The translations under genes were made by a program, and so were the position numbers. The notes below the pieces were generated by a model. The model was not told the DNA's origin. It was given only the letters and a program-made list of their open reading frames with translations, and did not search any database. From Campylobacteraceae bacterium (GTDB taxonomy: Bacteria; Campylobacterota; Campylobacteria; Campylobacterales; Sulfurovaceae), in NCBI GenBank assembly GCA_027023145.1, contig JALVWV010000196.1, positions 1 through 36,676 on the forward strand: DNA of 36,676 bases. Reading direction: 5' to 3'. Of this stretch, positions 1 through 8,349 are shown in pieces; within the stretch, counting starts at the first letter, position 1, and every line of letters starts with the position of its first letter.

Positions 1-298
1 GGATGGGACATGTAGGTGGCGATGGCGGCATGTCGGTAGGGTTTGCCGTGCAAAACCCGCATGGTCGATGCGACAGCCGGGCGGATGTGCTCGTGGTTGA
101 GTGAATCGGAACCGGCGACGATGATGCTCGCTTCGGGGAGGTGACATGTTTCATCCTGATTACCGGAAAAGCCTGCTTTTTTGAGGAGTTTGGCATAGGG
201 TTTGACGAAAGGGTGTTTGAAATCTTTGTCGATCACCAGAATGAGGGTGATGTCGGATTTGAGTGAGTGGATCGGTTCGGTAGAGAGTGTTATTTTCA
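1..298 (-). CDS. 5-prime fragment of a CDS that runs off the window edge; possibly the N-terminal domain of a leucyl aminopeptidase (M17)
   Basis: Not in the ORF track because there is no stop in the window. My translation from the ATG at 298-296 gives MKITLSTEPIHSLKSDITLILVIDKDFKHPFVKPYAKLLKKAGFSGNQDETCHLPEASIIVAGSDSLNHEHIRPAVASTMRVLHGKPY..., open to position 1. The resemblance to PepA N-termini is from memory only. Confidence 0.35.
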
Positions 299-361
299 TA
301 GTGAATGACCTTGAGATGATGTTGAAGTAAAGTATAGCAAAACCACGGTTAGAGCGTCGTT

Positions 362-1051
362 TTACTCAGCAAGACCGAGGCGGTAGCCGGAGCGTTTGAT
401 GTTTTGGATAAGCTCAGGGGTGGTGCGTTTGCGCAGACGATAGATGAGGGCTCGGAGGGAATCGTCGGAGAGATCCAGCCGCTCCATGAGGGCTTCTTTG
501 TCCAGTGTCCGGTGGCGCTCATTGGCGAGTAAATAGAGAAGAGCTTGTTCGTGTGCGGAGAGGTCAATGGGATGTCCGTTCCGTTCGAGGCGCTGCGTAT
601 CCATCTCGTAATGGTATCCGTCGATGAGAATCAGGGTTTGTGCTTGTGCGGGATGGGAGGGGCTGCCGAGCAGGCGTGTAGCGGCGAGCTTGAGGGTGGC
701 GGCGATCTGTTTGGGGCGGTAGGGCTTGAGGAGGTAGGCAAACGCTTCAGCTTCGGCGGCATAGTCGGTCATCTCCTCGTCCGAATAGGCGGTCGCAAAA
801 ATGATGAGGATCTGCGGATAGTCCCGACGGATCTCCAGCGCAAACTCTGCCCCGCTGAGTGGCCCGTCGATCATGATGTCCATAAACACCACATCGATGG
901 TTTTGGTTTGGAGGATTGTGCGGGCTTCTTGGGCACTCTGAGCGGTTGCACTTACCCTGAAACGGGGATCATCATGGATAATGGCGGTGAGGTACTCAGC
1001 GGGGATCACTTCATCTTCGACGATCAGGACACGGTAGGGGGGTTCTCTCAT
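362..1051 (-). CDS. two-component response regulator, OmpR/PhoB-type (receiver plus winged-helix DNA-binding domain)
   Basis: 229-aa ORF. Receiver motifs VLIVEDE, DVVFMDIMIDG and LLKPY. C-terminal Trans_reg_C-like region (LSAHEQALLYLLA, LIYRLRKR, GYRLG). The ATG overlaps the kinase stop by 4 nt (ATGA at 1048-1051). Confidence 0.9.
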   Translation of the reverse strand: MREPPYRVLIVEDEVIPAEYLTAIIHDDPRFRVSATAQSAQEARTILQTKTIDVVFMDIMIDGPLSGAEFALEIRRDYPQILIIFATAYSDEEMTDYAAEAEAFAYLLKPYRPKQIAATLKLAATRLLGSPSHPAQAQTLILIDGYHYEMDTQRLERNGHPIDLSAHEQALLYLLANERHRTLDKEALMERLDLSDDSLRALIYRLRKRTTPELIQNIKRSGYRLGLAE

Positions 1052-2259
1052 GTTGACTCCTTATCGCGGGGGAATGTAAGGGTGTAGCAGAGATTCTCTT
1101 CACACGTTGTGATCAGCTTGCCACCCAGCTGTCGTGCCGTCAAGCGGATCAGCGAATACCCAAAACCTCTCTTCAGTTGATTCGGATCGGTTGTGCCGCT
1201 GTCGCAATATTGGAGGCGGTAGCTGTCGGTTTGGTTGGCAAATGTGATGTTGATATAGATGCGTCCGTCAGGCTTGGCGGCGTATTTGAGGGAGTTGGTC
1301 ATCATCTCGTTGATGAGGATTCCCAGATGCATCAAGGTGTTGATTCCGAGCTTTACTGGGGTTATGGAGTATTGCAGGTCTACCGGCACCTCTTCCCCCA
1401 CCGTATCGATCAGGCTACGTGTGAGTAGTTGAAGATAGGTGCGGGTATCGAGGCTACCGAGGGTGTCGCTGCGGTAGAGGATGTTGTGCAGCAGAGCGAT
1501 CGACTCGATCCGGTGGCGGTTTTGCTCGAGGATGGTTTGGGCGGTCGGATCGATGGGACTTCGGGATTGGAGCCCGAGGATGGCGGCGATGAAGTTGAGG
1601 TTGTTTTTGACCCGGTGGTGGATTTCGTGCAGGAGTAGAGTTTTTTCCCGGTTGGATTGCTCGAGGCGCTTGAGGGACTCTTTGATGGCAAAATGGTAGA
1701 AAAACCCGAAGGAGATCATGAAAAAGTGTGCCAGACCGTAGCCGATCATGTATTTGTTGTTGTGGAGGAAGGGGTTGTCCGGATCGTATACGGCTGCTGT
1801 GACGAGAAAGGCGATGAGGAGAAGGTAAAAGAGTGTCAGATTGAGTACGATCAGGCGGGTGGGCAGTGCGATAAAAGCAATCAACGGGATAAAGACGGCA
1901 AAGATCAGATCGAAATCGACCCGATGGACATAGAGAAAGACAAACTCGATCGAGGCGGCGATCCAAAAAAGCTGTACGGCAGCGACACTGGCATTCCGGG
2001 TTTGCAACACACGCCAAAATGCCAATCCAGCCGATGCACCGTAGATGAGATCAATAAGGACATCGATGTGATTGCCGATAAGATAATCCGACACTGATGC
2101 GATCAGCGCAGCCGAGATAATGGTCATAAATGCCCCGTAGATAAAAAGATTACGGTAATGAATATCCCGGATAATTTTCTTCCACTGCACAGGTGACCTT
2201 TGAGGTTTAATGGCGGAATGGTGTACTGCTATTGTACTCAAAGGATCGAGGAAAATCAA
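1048..2259 (-). CDS. membrane sensor histidine kinase with a HisKA_2/HWE-like H-box, about six TM helices and no PAS/HAMP domain
   Basis: 403-aa ORF. The hydrophobic N-terminal ~190 aa are followed directly by HEIHHRVKNNLNFIAAILGLQ and an HATPase_c-like end (LINEMMTNSLKYA, GFGYSLI). TTG start at 2259 is preceded by GAGGAAG. Only 13 nt separate it from the stop of the upstream gene. Confidence 0.85.
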   Translation of the reverse strand: MIFLDPLSTIAVHHSAIKPQRSPVQWKKIIRDIHYRNLFIYGAFMTIISAALIASVSDYLIGNHIDVLIDLIYGASAGLAFWRVLQTRNASVAAVQLFWIAASIEFVFLYVHRVDFDLIFAVFIPLIAFIALPTRLIVLNLTLFYLLLIAFLVTAAVYDPDNPFLHNNKYMIGYGLAHFFMISFGFFYHFAIKESLKRLEQSNREKTLLLHEIHHRVKNNLNFIAAILGLQSRSPIDPTAQTILEQNRHRIESIALLHNILYRSDTLGSLDTRTYLQLLTRSLIDTVGEEVPVDLQYSITPVKLGINTLMHLGILINEMMTNSLKYAAKPDGRIYINITFANQTDSYRLQYCDSGTTDPNQLKRGFGYSLIRLTARQLGGKLITTCEENLCYTLTFPRDKEST

Positions 2260-2272
2260 GGTATGCTTCCTC

Positions 2273-5200
2273 TCAGGGTGTCGGATTCCAGTCGATCATA
2301 TCGTGGGTACCGCTTTCGGTACCGTCGGTGATCCAGGCATGGGCTTCGGTTTCGTTGATAAAGGCCGGGAAAAGAACGGTATGGTTGGCTGTGGCAGGGC
2401 GTGTTCCCCATCCCAATGAACCGTCGGTACCGGGATAAATATCTTTGATCATGTGGGTTCCGGCAGCCGTGCCGTCGCTGATCCACGGTTCGTAGCCATG
2501 TATACTGTCATCGGCACCAAAATAGAGATGCCCCTCCCAGGCAAAGAATCCATCAGGCCAGGAACCATCTGCTCCTAAAACAATGTCTTTGACCATAGTG
2601 GTGCCCGATTCGCTCCCGTCGCTTTTCCATAACTCTTTTCCGTGTGTATCGTCATTGGCAGCAAAATAGAGCGTATCACCCATTGCCGTGAGATGATCCG
2701 GATAGGAAGCGCCGGTGCCGCTGCGAATATCTTTGACCATGGTGGTACCCGCTTCGCTCCCGTCGCTTTTCCACAACTCGTGTCCATGGGCACTGTCCAT
2801 AGCCGTGAAATAGAGTGCATTGTCGGTGACCATCAGATTGTCCGGATATGAGCTAGAAGCTCCGTTTTGGATATCTTTGAAGAGTCGGGTACCGGATTCG
2901 GTGCCGTCACTGACCCAGAGCTCTTCGCCGTGTGTGCCGTCGTCGGCTACAAAATAGATTTTGTCCTGATAGACTCTCAGCAAATCGCCGTTTTGCCAGA
3001 AAGAGCTCTGCGATCCGGATAAAATATCTTTGACCATGTGGGTGCCCGCTTCGGTACCGTCACTCACCCAGAGCTCTTCACCGTGGCTGCCGTCATCGGC
3101 ACTAAAATAGAGTTTGCCGTAGTAGGGTACCAGTATGTGATTTGCCCAGTGGGATCCGAAGCCTCCATCAATGCCACTACGGATATCTTTGACCATGTGG
3201 GTGCCCGCTTCGGTGCCGTCACTGACCCAAAGTTCGTTCCCATGAATACCGTCATTGGCGATAAAGTAGCAGTGACCATTCAATGCCGTGAGTTTTTGGG
3301 GGTTTGAGCTTTCGTAGCCGCTTCGGATATCTTTGACCATGTGGGTGCCTGCTTCGGTGCCGTCACTTGTCCAGAGTTCGCGTCCCGAGATGCCGTCATC
3401 GGCGTTGAAGTAGTAACGGTCGGTGATCTTGAGGATATCTCTGGCCATGTCGGATAAATAGAACCGGTGGCGGGATGAGCCGGTTCCTTCACTGAGTCGG
3501 GCCTGGTCGGTGCCGGATGCGCTGCCGTCGGTTGTCCACAGTTGCCGTCCGTCTTCGTGATTGTTGGCTCCAAAATAGAGTCTGCCTCCCCGTTCGATGA
3601 GCCGGTCGATCTGGGCATCCTGTACATCGGGTGCAATCTCACGGACGATTTGGGTCAGGGCACTGGCACCGTATGATTGGTAGAGTTCTTCCCCGTGAGC
3701 ATCGTCACTGGCGGCAAAATAGAGTACATTACTGTACACATGCAGGGCATGGGGATAGGATCCATCGGCACCTGGACGGATATCCTCAACAAGATCGGCA
3801 TTGCCGACGGTGCCGTTGGATTGCCATACTTCTTTTCCACGTGTTCCATCATTAGCTATAAAATAAAGCATACTGCTTCCCAGGGCGACGAGATCGGATG
3901 GATATGAACTTCCGGAGCCTGCTTTGATATCGGCGACCATCACCGTACCGGCGGATGTGCCGTCGCTTTTCCAAAGCTCCACTCCATGTGTGCCGTCATC
4001 GGCAGCGAAATAGATCGCATTGCCCATGACGGTCAGATGCTCAGGCCGGGAGCCTGCAGAACCGGGATGAATATATTTGACGCCATAAGTGCCGCCGGGC
4101 GTCCCGTTACTGCGCCAGAGTTCACTGCCGTTGATGCCGTCATCGGCGGTAAAATAGAGTACATTGTTCATGACGGTCAGTTCACTGGGATATGAACCGT
4201 TGGAGCCAGAGGGATCGATGTCATAAACCATTTGTGTATTGACACCGGATCCATCGGTTTTCCACAGTTCGCATCCATGGGTGCCGTCATCAGCCGAAAA
4301 ATAGAGCCAGCCGTTCATCGGTGTCAGGTGCTCTGGATAGGATCCTTCGGTTCCAGGGTTGATAATGGTGACAATTGACATTACCGTGCCGTCCCATCGA
4401 AACAATTCATTACCAACAGTGGTGTTGCTGGCTGAGAAGAAGAGGATGCCATTGGCCACGGTCATCTCATCGATCCAACTGTTGCCGTCGCCGGTTTCGA
4501 TCTCATGGACGAGATGAGTTCCGCTCTCGGTACCGTCGCTGACCCAGAGCTCCTGTCCGTGGGTGCCGTCGTTGGCGACGAAGTAGAGTTTGCCGTTGTA
4601 CTCGGTCATCAGTTTGATGGCTGATCCGGATGTACCGGGGTGGATGTCCTTGATCATGCAGGTTCCGGCTCCGGTTCCGTCGGTTTTCCAGAGTTCTTCT
4701 CCATGGACATTGTCGGATGCGGCAAAATAGAGCACCGTACCGATCGTGAGCCTTGATCTCCTCGCACTGTTGTCGTAGGGTAGGGCGTCGTAACCGTTGA
4801 GGTTGATGTCCTTGAGGAGACGGGTATGGGATTGGGTGCCGTCGGTGAGCCATGGCTCGACACCGTGATCCGCAGCGTATTTGAAAAAGAGTGTCCACTG
4901 CCGGATGTGCAGCGTCACATCCCGTGCGATTGTGTGGTTGCCGTCGCTGACGTGCACGGTAAAGGCGTAATCGGTTTGATCCTTGTACATGGGAGAGGTA
5001 TCGAACGTCACTTTTCCTCCGGAATCGATGCTGAGTTTACCACTGTCGGTGCCGCTGAGTGTGTAGGTGAGGGTATCCCCGTCCTCATCGGTCGCATGGA
5101 GTGTAATGGCATCGGTTTTCCCCTCATCAATGGTCTTTTCATGCACATCGCTGTCAAAGACCGGTGCGTGGAGATTGGTGGTGTTGGTGTCCGTTGGAGG

Positions 5201-5287
5201 TTTTGTTTTTCCTCCGCACCCTGTGACGTTTGCCATCCCTGCTATCAGCAGTATTGCCATGCTGCACTTTTTGATGATGTTTTTCAT
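2273..5287 (-). CDS. large surface lipoprotein: lipobox, one cadherin-like domain, then about 18 ELWxxDGT repeats (beta-propeller-type)
   Basis: 1004-aa ORF. Signal peptide and lipobox (LIAGMANVTGCGG). Cadherin-like segment (ATDEDGDTLTYTLSGTDSGKLSIDSGGKVTF). Recurrent G.ELW.SDGT..GT units spaced about 45 aa apart. Confidence 0.85.
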   Translation of the reverse strand: MKNIIKKCSMAILLIAGMANVTGCGGKTKPPTDTNTTNLHAPVFDSDVHEKTIDEGKTDAITLHATDEDGDTLTYTLSGTDSGKLSIDSGGKVTFDTSPMYKDQTDYAFTVHVSDGNHTIARDVTLHIRQWTLFFKYAADHGVEPWLTDGTQSHTRLLKDINLNGYDALPYDNSARRSRLTIGTVLYFAASDNVHGEELWKTDGTGAGTCMIKDIHPGTSGSAIKLMTEYNGKLYFVANDGTHGQELWVSDGTESGTHLVHEIETGDGNSWIDEMTVANGILFFSASNTTVGNELFRWDGTVMSIVTIINPGTEGSYPEHLTPMNGWLYFSADDGTHGCELWKTDGSGVNTQMVYDIDPSGSNGSYPSELTVMNNVLYFTADDGINGSELWRSNGTPGGTYGVKYIHPGSAGSRPEHLTVMGNAIYFAADDGTHGVELWKSDGTSAGTVMVADIKAGSGSSYPSDLVALGSSMLYFIANDGTRGKEVWQSNGTVGNADLVEDIRPGADGSYPHALHVYSNVLYFAASDDAHGEELYQSYGASALTQIVREIAPDVQDAQIDRLIERGGRLYFGANNHEDGRQLWTTDGSASGTDQARLSEGTGSSRHRFYLSDMARDILKITDRYYFNADDGISGRELWTSDGTEAGTHMVKDIRSGYESSNPQKLTALNGHCYFIANDGIHGNELWVSDGTEAGTHMVKDIRSGIDGGFGSHWANHILVPYYGKLYFSADDGSHGEELWVSDGTEAGTHMVKDILSGSQSSFWQNGDLLRVYQDKIYFVADDGTHGEELWVSDGTESGTRLFKDIQNGASSSYPDNLMVTDNALYFTAMDSAHGHELWKSDGSEAGTTMVKDIRSGTGASYPDHLTAMGDTLYFAANDDTHGKELWKSDGSESGTTMVKDIVLGADGSWPDGFFAWEGHLYFGADDSIHGYEPWISDGTAAGTHMIKDIYPGTDGSLGWGTRPATANHTVLFPAFINETEAHAWITDGTESGTHDMIDWNPTP

Positions 5288-5372
5288 CGTAGTCTCCTTT
5301 TTTCGGGTTTGGTATCAAACCTTTTTCCATACTATACTCTCCCATTGTGACGCGAGAGTGACGTTTGGAAAA

Positions 5373-5407
5373 AGTGAGAAGTGAGAGGTGAGAAGTGAGA
5401 AGTGAAA
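5373..5407 (+). repeat. tandem heptamer array AGTGAGA x5
   Basis: Units read directly: agtgaga agtgaga ggtgaga agtgaga agtgaaa, followed by ttgg. Confidence 0.9.
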
Positions 5408-5420
5408 TTGGATGGTGGGT

Positions 5421-5497
5421 GGGGACGCGACTTCAGTCGCGTAGTTGGTTGATAGTGGATGGTGGATGGCGAGAAGGGGCTGGGACTTCAGTCCCAC
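5421..5497 (+). repeat. two CTTCAG-core hairpin modules (GGGGACGCGACTTCAGTCGCGT and AAGGGGCTGGGACTTCAGTCCCAC)
   Basis: Stems are at 5425-5442 and 5482-5495. The same modules with the same flanks recur at 6991-7012, 26667-26710, 15465-15485, 21044-21066, 30863-30885 and 34268-34290. Confidence 0.9.
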
Positions 5498-5601
5498 ATA
5501 GAGAAGTAGAGATTGAAGTCCTCGAAATATCGCTATGTCACTATCTCCTCAGACGCCCATCCCCATCGGGGATGGTGGGGATGAAGATAGAAGATGAAAG
5601 G

Positions 5602-6831
5602 TCAATCCTTGATACAGCGGACAGGTTTTCCATGAGCACGGTAGCCATTGGTATATGCAGATGCATCTACAGAAGCAATACCTATATATGCTCCTCCAGT
5701 ACCCCCATCCTCATGCAACAACCACATACCACCCCACGTACCCTGACGATAAAGGGCAGCAGTATTTCCAACTCGATAACCTGCCGAAGGCAGCTTCAGG
5801 AAAGAGTTAAAAGCATTGACCCTTCGGTCGTCATCGTTGCCGGGTTTTTGTGTACTGTTTTTGTCAATCTGCGCACTATCGTCGTCAAGCAACTCCGCTT
5901 TCATCTCATCAAGAGTCGCTACCCGGAAGCCGACCGGACAGACAAACGAACCGTCGGTCTTGGACCAGTTGGCGATCCGTTGGCTGCCGTTGGCATCCAA
6001 GCTATCAATTACCCAGTCACGACGAGAACTGTTGTCATCTGTGATAAAGTTGCCGTGTTCCACAAAGGCAATATCGGTTGCCAGCGTAGCGGTAGTGCCG
6101 CTGAGTGGATCCTCGTGCCCGTCGAAGTTGCGACCCCATTGGTAATAATCCCCATAACAGGCCACATCGTTGTACGCCGTGCAGACGCGGGCAGCTCCGA
6201 GGTTGCGATCGAGGAAGATCTTGCCGGTGTAGGGGGACTTGACGGCTCCATACGTGGTGCCGTTGGCGGTGATACTGAATGCCGTCACCGTAACGGTACG
6301 GGTAACACTTGCACTGTTGCCAGCACTATCAGTAGCGGTATAGGTGAGGGTATAGGTTCCCGGTGTATCGGTATCGACATTACCACTGACGGTGACGGTG
6401 ATATTTTCATCCACATCATCCGTGGCCGTCGCTCCCGGATCGGTAAAGGTCTCGAACTGAACAAGACTCATGATTGTATCCCCGGTGAGAGAGACGGTCG
6501 GAGCTGTCGTATCGGCCACAGCGGTGACGGTAACTTTCCGGGTCTTGGTAGCGGTGTTCCCGGCTGCATCGGTGGCGCTATAGGTGAGGGTATAGGTTCC
6601 GACCGTACTCGTATCTACACTGCCGCTCACGCTCACCGTGACATTGCCATCCACATCATCGACGGCCGTGGCACCTGGATCGGTAAAGGTTGCTCCCTGA
6701 GCGACACGCATAGTGGACGCACCGTTGAGGGTGATCACCGGAGCCGTCGTATCGGCTCCACTTCCACATGCCGTGATCAGCACGGCAACCATGGCCACTG
6801 TGAGCCATTGCATCCATTTGATGTTATGCAT
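5602..6831 (-). CDS. lipoprotein with two Ig-like (DUF5011-type) repeats and a C-terminal FISUMP (Fibrobacter succinogenes major paralogous) domain
   Basis: 409-aa ORF. Lipobox LITACGSG. Two ~100-aa repeats (APVITLNG...FTDPGATA.DDVDGN.TV.VSG.VDT...GTYTLTY.ATD.AGN). C-terminus has LDRNLGA...CYGDYYQWGR and CPVGFRVATLDEM. AGGAGG lies 5 nt upstream of the ATG. Confidence 0.8.
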   Translation of the reverse strand: MHNIKWMQWLTVAMVAVLITACGSGADTTAPVITLNGASTMRVAQGATFTDPGATAVDDVDGNVTVSVSGSVDTSTVGTYTLTYSATDAAGNTATKTRKVTVTAVADTTAPTVSLTGDTIMSLVQFETFTDPGATATDDVDENITVTVSGNVDTDTPGTYTLTYTATDSAGNSASVTRTVTVTAFSITANGTTYGAVKSPYTGKIFLDRNLGAARVCTAYNDVACYGDYYQWGRNFDGHEDPLSGTTATLATDIAFVEHGNFITDDNSSRRDWVIDSLDANGSQRIANWSKTDGSFVCPVGFRVATLDEMKAELLDDDSAQIDKNSTQKPGNDDDRRVNAFNSFLKLPSAGYRVGNTAALYRQGTWGGMWLLHEDGGTGGAYIGIASVDASAYTNGYRAHGKPVRCIKD

Positions 6832-6986
6832 GATAGCCTCCTTTTTGTTTCAGATACTGATATGATACCATATCTTTATGGCAAAAAAATGTCAAATAGA
6901 GAAAAAGGTGAAAAGTGTGCGAAGAAAATTACTCGACAACCATTTTGTGGTAATTTTTGATTGGCAATTTTTAATGGATCATTGGT

Positions 6987-7012
6987 AAAAGGGGACGCGA
7001 CTTCAGTCGCGT
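6987..7012. repeat. GGGGACGCGACTTCAGTCGCGT hairpin abutting the trpB stop; possible terminator
   Basis: 8-bp stem with TTCA loop at 6995-7012. The trpB stop is at 7013-7015. In the trpB direction, CCCC separates the stem from TTTT, so terminator function is uncertain. Confidence 0.45.
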
Positions 7013-8233
7013 TTATTCAAAATCGAGCATCTCCTTCGCCTGGATCATATCCTTGTCCCCCCGGCCGGAGAGGTTGATGAGGATGGTTTTACCGGAGAGG
7101 GCTTCGTGGGGCATTTTTTTGAGGTATGCCACGGCGTGGGAGCTCTCGAAGGCGGGGATGATTCCCTCGCGTTGGCTGAGCCAGACAAACGCATCGAGGG
7201 CTTCGGTGTCGGTGATGTGATCATACGTGACGATGCGCTCGTCTTTGAGGTAGGCGTGTTCCGGGCCGATGCCGGGGTAGTCGAGTCCGGCACTGATGGA
7301 GTGGGCTTCGAGGATCTGGCCGTCGTCGTCCTGGAGGAGATAACTCATCTGGCCGTGCAGCACGCCCGGTGCTCCTTTGGCGAGGCTTGCACCGTGTTTG
7401 GAATCCAGCCCGAGGCCGCCTGCTTCGATCCCGATGCACTCGACACTCTCGTCTTCGAGGAAGTGGTTGAAGATTCCGATGGCGTTGCTTCCACCGCCGA
7501 TGCAGGCAATCACTGTGTCCGGGAGGGTACCGGCGGCTTCCTGGATCTGGGCGCGGGCTTCCCAGCCGATGATCGACTGGATGTCGCGGATCATCATCGG
7601 GTAGGGGTGAGGGCCGGCGACGGTGCCGATGACGTAGAAGGTATCCCGCGCATGGGTGACCCAGTGGCGAATCGCATCGTTCATGGCGTCCTTGAGGGTA
7701 CGCGATCCCGACTCGACAGCATGGACCTTGGCTCCGAGGAGCTTCATCCGAAAGACATTGAGTTCTTGACGGGCGACGTCTTTGGCACCCATGAAGATCT
7801 CACACTCCAGCCCGAAGAGGGCTGCGACGGTGGCCGTGGCGACCCCGTGCTGCCCCGCACCGGTCTCGGCGATGATCTTTTTCTTGCCCAGACGCTTGGC
7901 GAGGATCGCCTGAGCGACGGTGTGGTTGATCTTGTGTGCTCCGGTGTGGTTGAGGTCTTCGCGCTTGAGGTAGATGCGGGCATCGAGTTCGTCGGAGAGG
8001 TTCTCAGCATAGTAGAGAGGGCTGGGGCGGCCGACGTAATGCTGATAATAATCATGCACCTGCCCCCAGAACTCCGGATCGAAGCGGACTGCTTCGTAGT
8101 CGGCTTTGAGCTGCTCGAGGACAGGCATGAGGGTCTCGGGGACGTAGCGACCGCCGTAGGTGCCAAAATGCCCGAGATCATCAGGATCGTAGGGGGAGGG
8201 TTTGGGGATATAGTATGTGTCGGTTGTGTTCAT
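7013..8233 (-). CDS. trpB: tryptophan synthase beta chain
   Basis: 406-aa ORF with [11 protein letters not shown], the PLP-lysine context [21 protein letters not shown] and GGGSNAIG. Confidence 0.95.
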   Translation of the reverse strand: MNTTDTYYIPKPSPYDPDDLGHFGTYGGRYVPETLMPVLEQLKADYEAVRFDPEFWGQVHDYYQHYVGRPSPLYYAENLSDELDARIYLKREDLNHTGAHKINHTVAQAILAKRLGKKKIIAETGAGQHGVATATVAALFGLECEIFMGAKDVARQELNVFRMKLLGAKVHAVESGSRTLKDAMNDAIRHWVTHARDTFYVIGTVAGPHPYPMMIRDIQSIIGWEARAQIQEAAGTLPDTVIACIGGGSNAIGIFNHFLEDESVECIGIEAGGLGLDSKHGASLAKGAPGVLHGQMSYLLQDDDGQILEAHSISAGLDYPGIGPEHAYLKDERIVTYDHITDTEALDAFVWLSQREGIIPAFESSHAVAYLKKMPHEALSGKTILINLSGRGDKDMIQAKEMLDFE

Positions 8234-8268
8234 GGTGCGGCCTGTTTTTTGTTGGGGATTATAACAAA

Positions 8269-8289
8269 AAATTAGAAATTAGAAATGAA
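8269..8289 (+). repeat. tandem heptamers AAATTAG x2 plus AAATGAA
   Basis: Read directly in the trpB/recN divergent intergenic region. Confidence 0.7.
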
Positions 8290-8349
8290 TGTACCGGACA
8301 TTAAGGATAATTTCTATACGTTATCGCATACGTTATACAGGAAAAAGAT

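Noticed and set aside
5547-5580. The hairpin CCCATCCCC-ATC-GGGGATGG(T)GGGG downstream of the FISUMP gene as an intrinsic terminator.
   Set aside because: The stem has a bulge and there is no T-run following it on the minus (gene) strand. I cannot support a terminator call.
5395-6960. Long ORFs antisense to well-supported genes, including 5395-6960 (+), 7106-8275 (+), 14046-14873 (-), 18371-19582 (-), 20104-20886 (-), 22878-23741 (+), 24388-25428 (+), 27281-28252 (+) and 33152-34156 (-).
   Set aside because: Each lies fully opposite a gene with clear family motifs. Their translations are low-complexity (G/D/V/R-rich) with no recognisable domains, which is the typical shadow-ORF artefact of GC-rich coding DNA.
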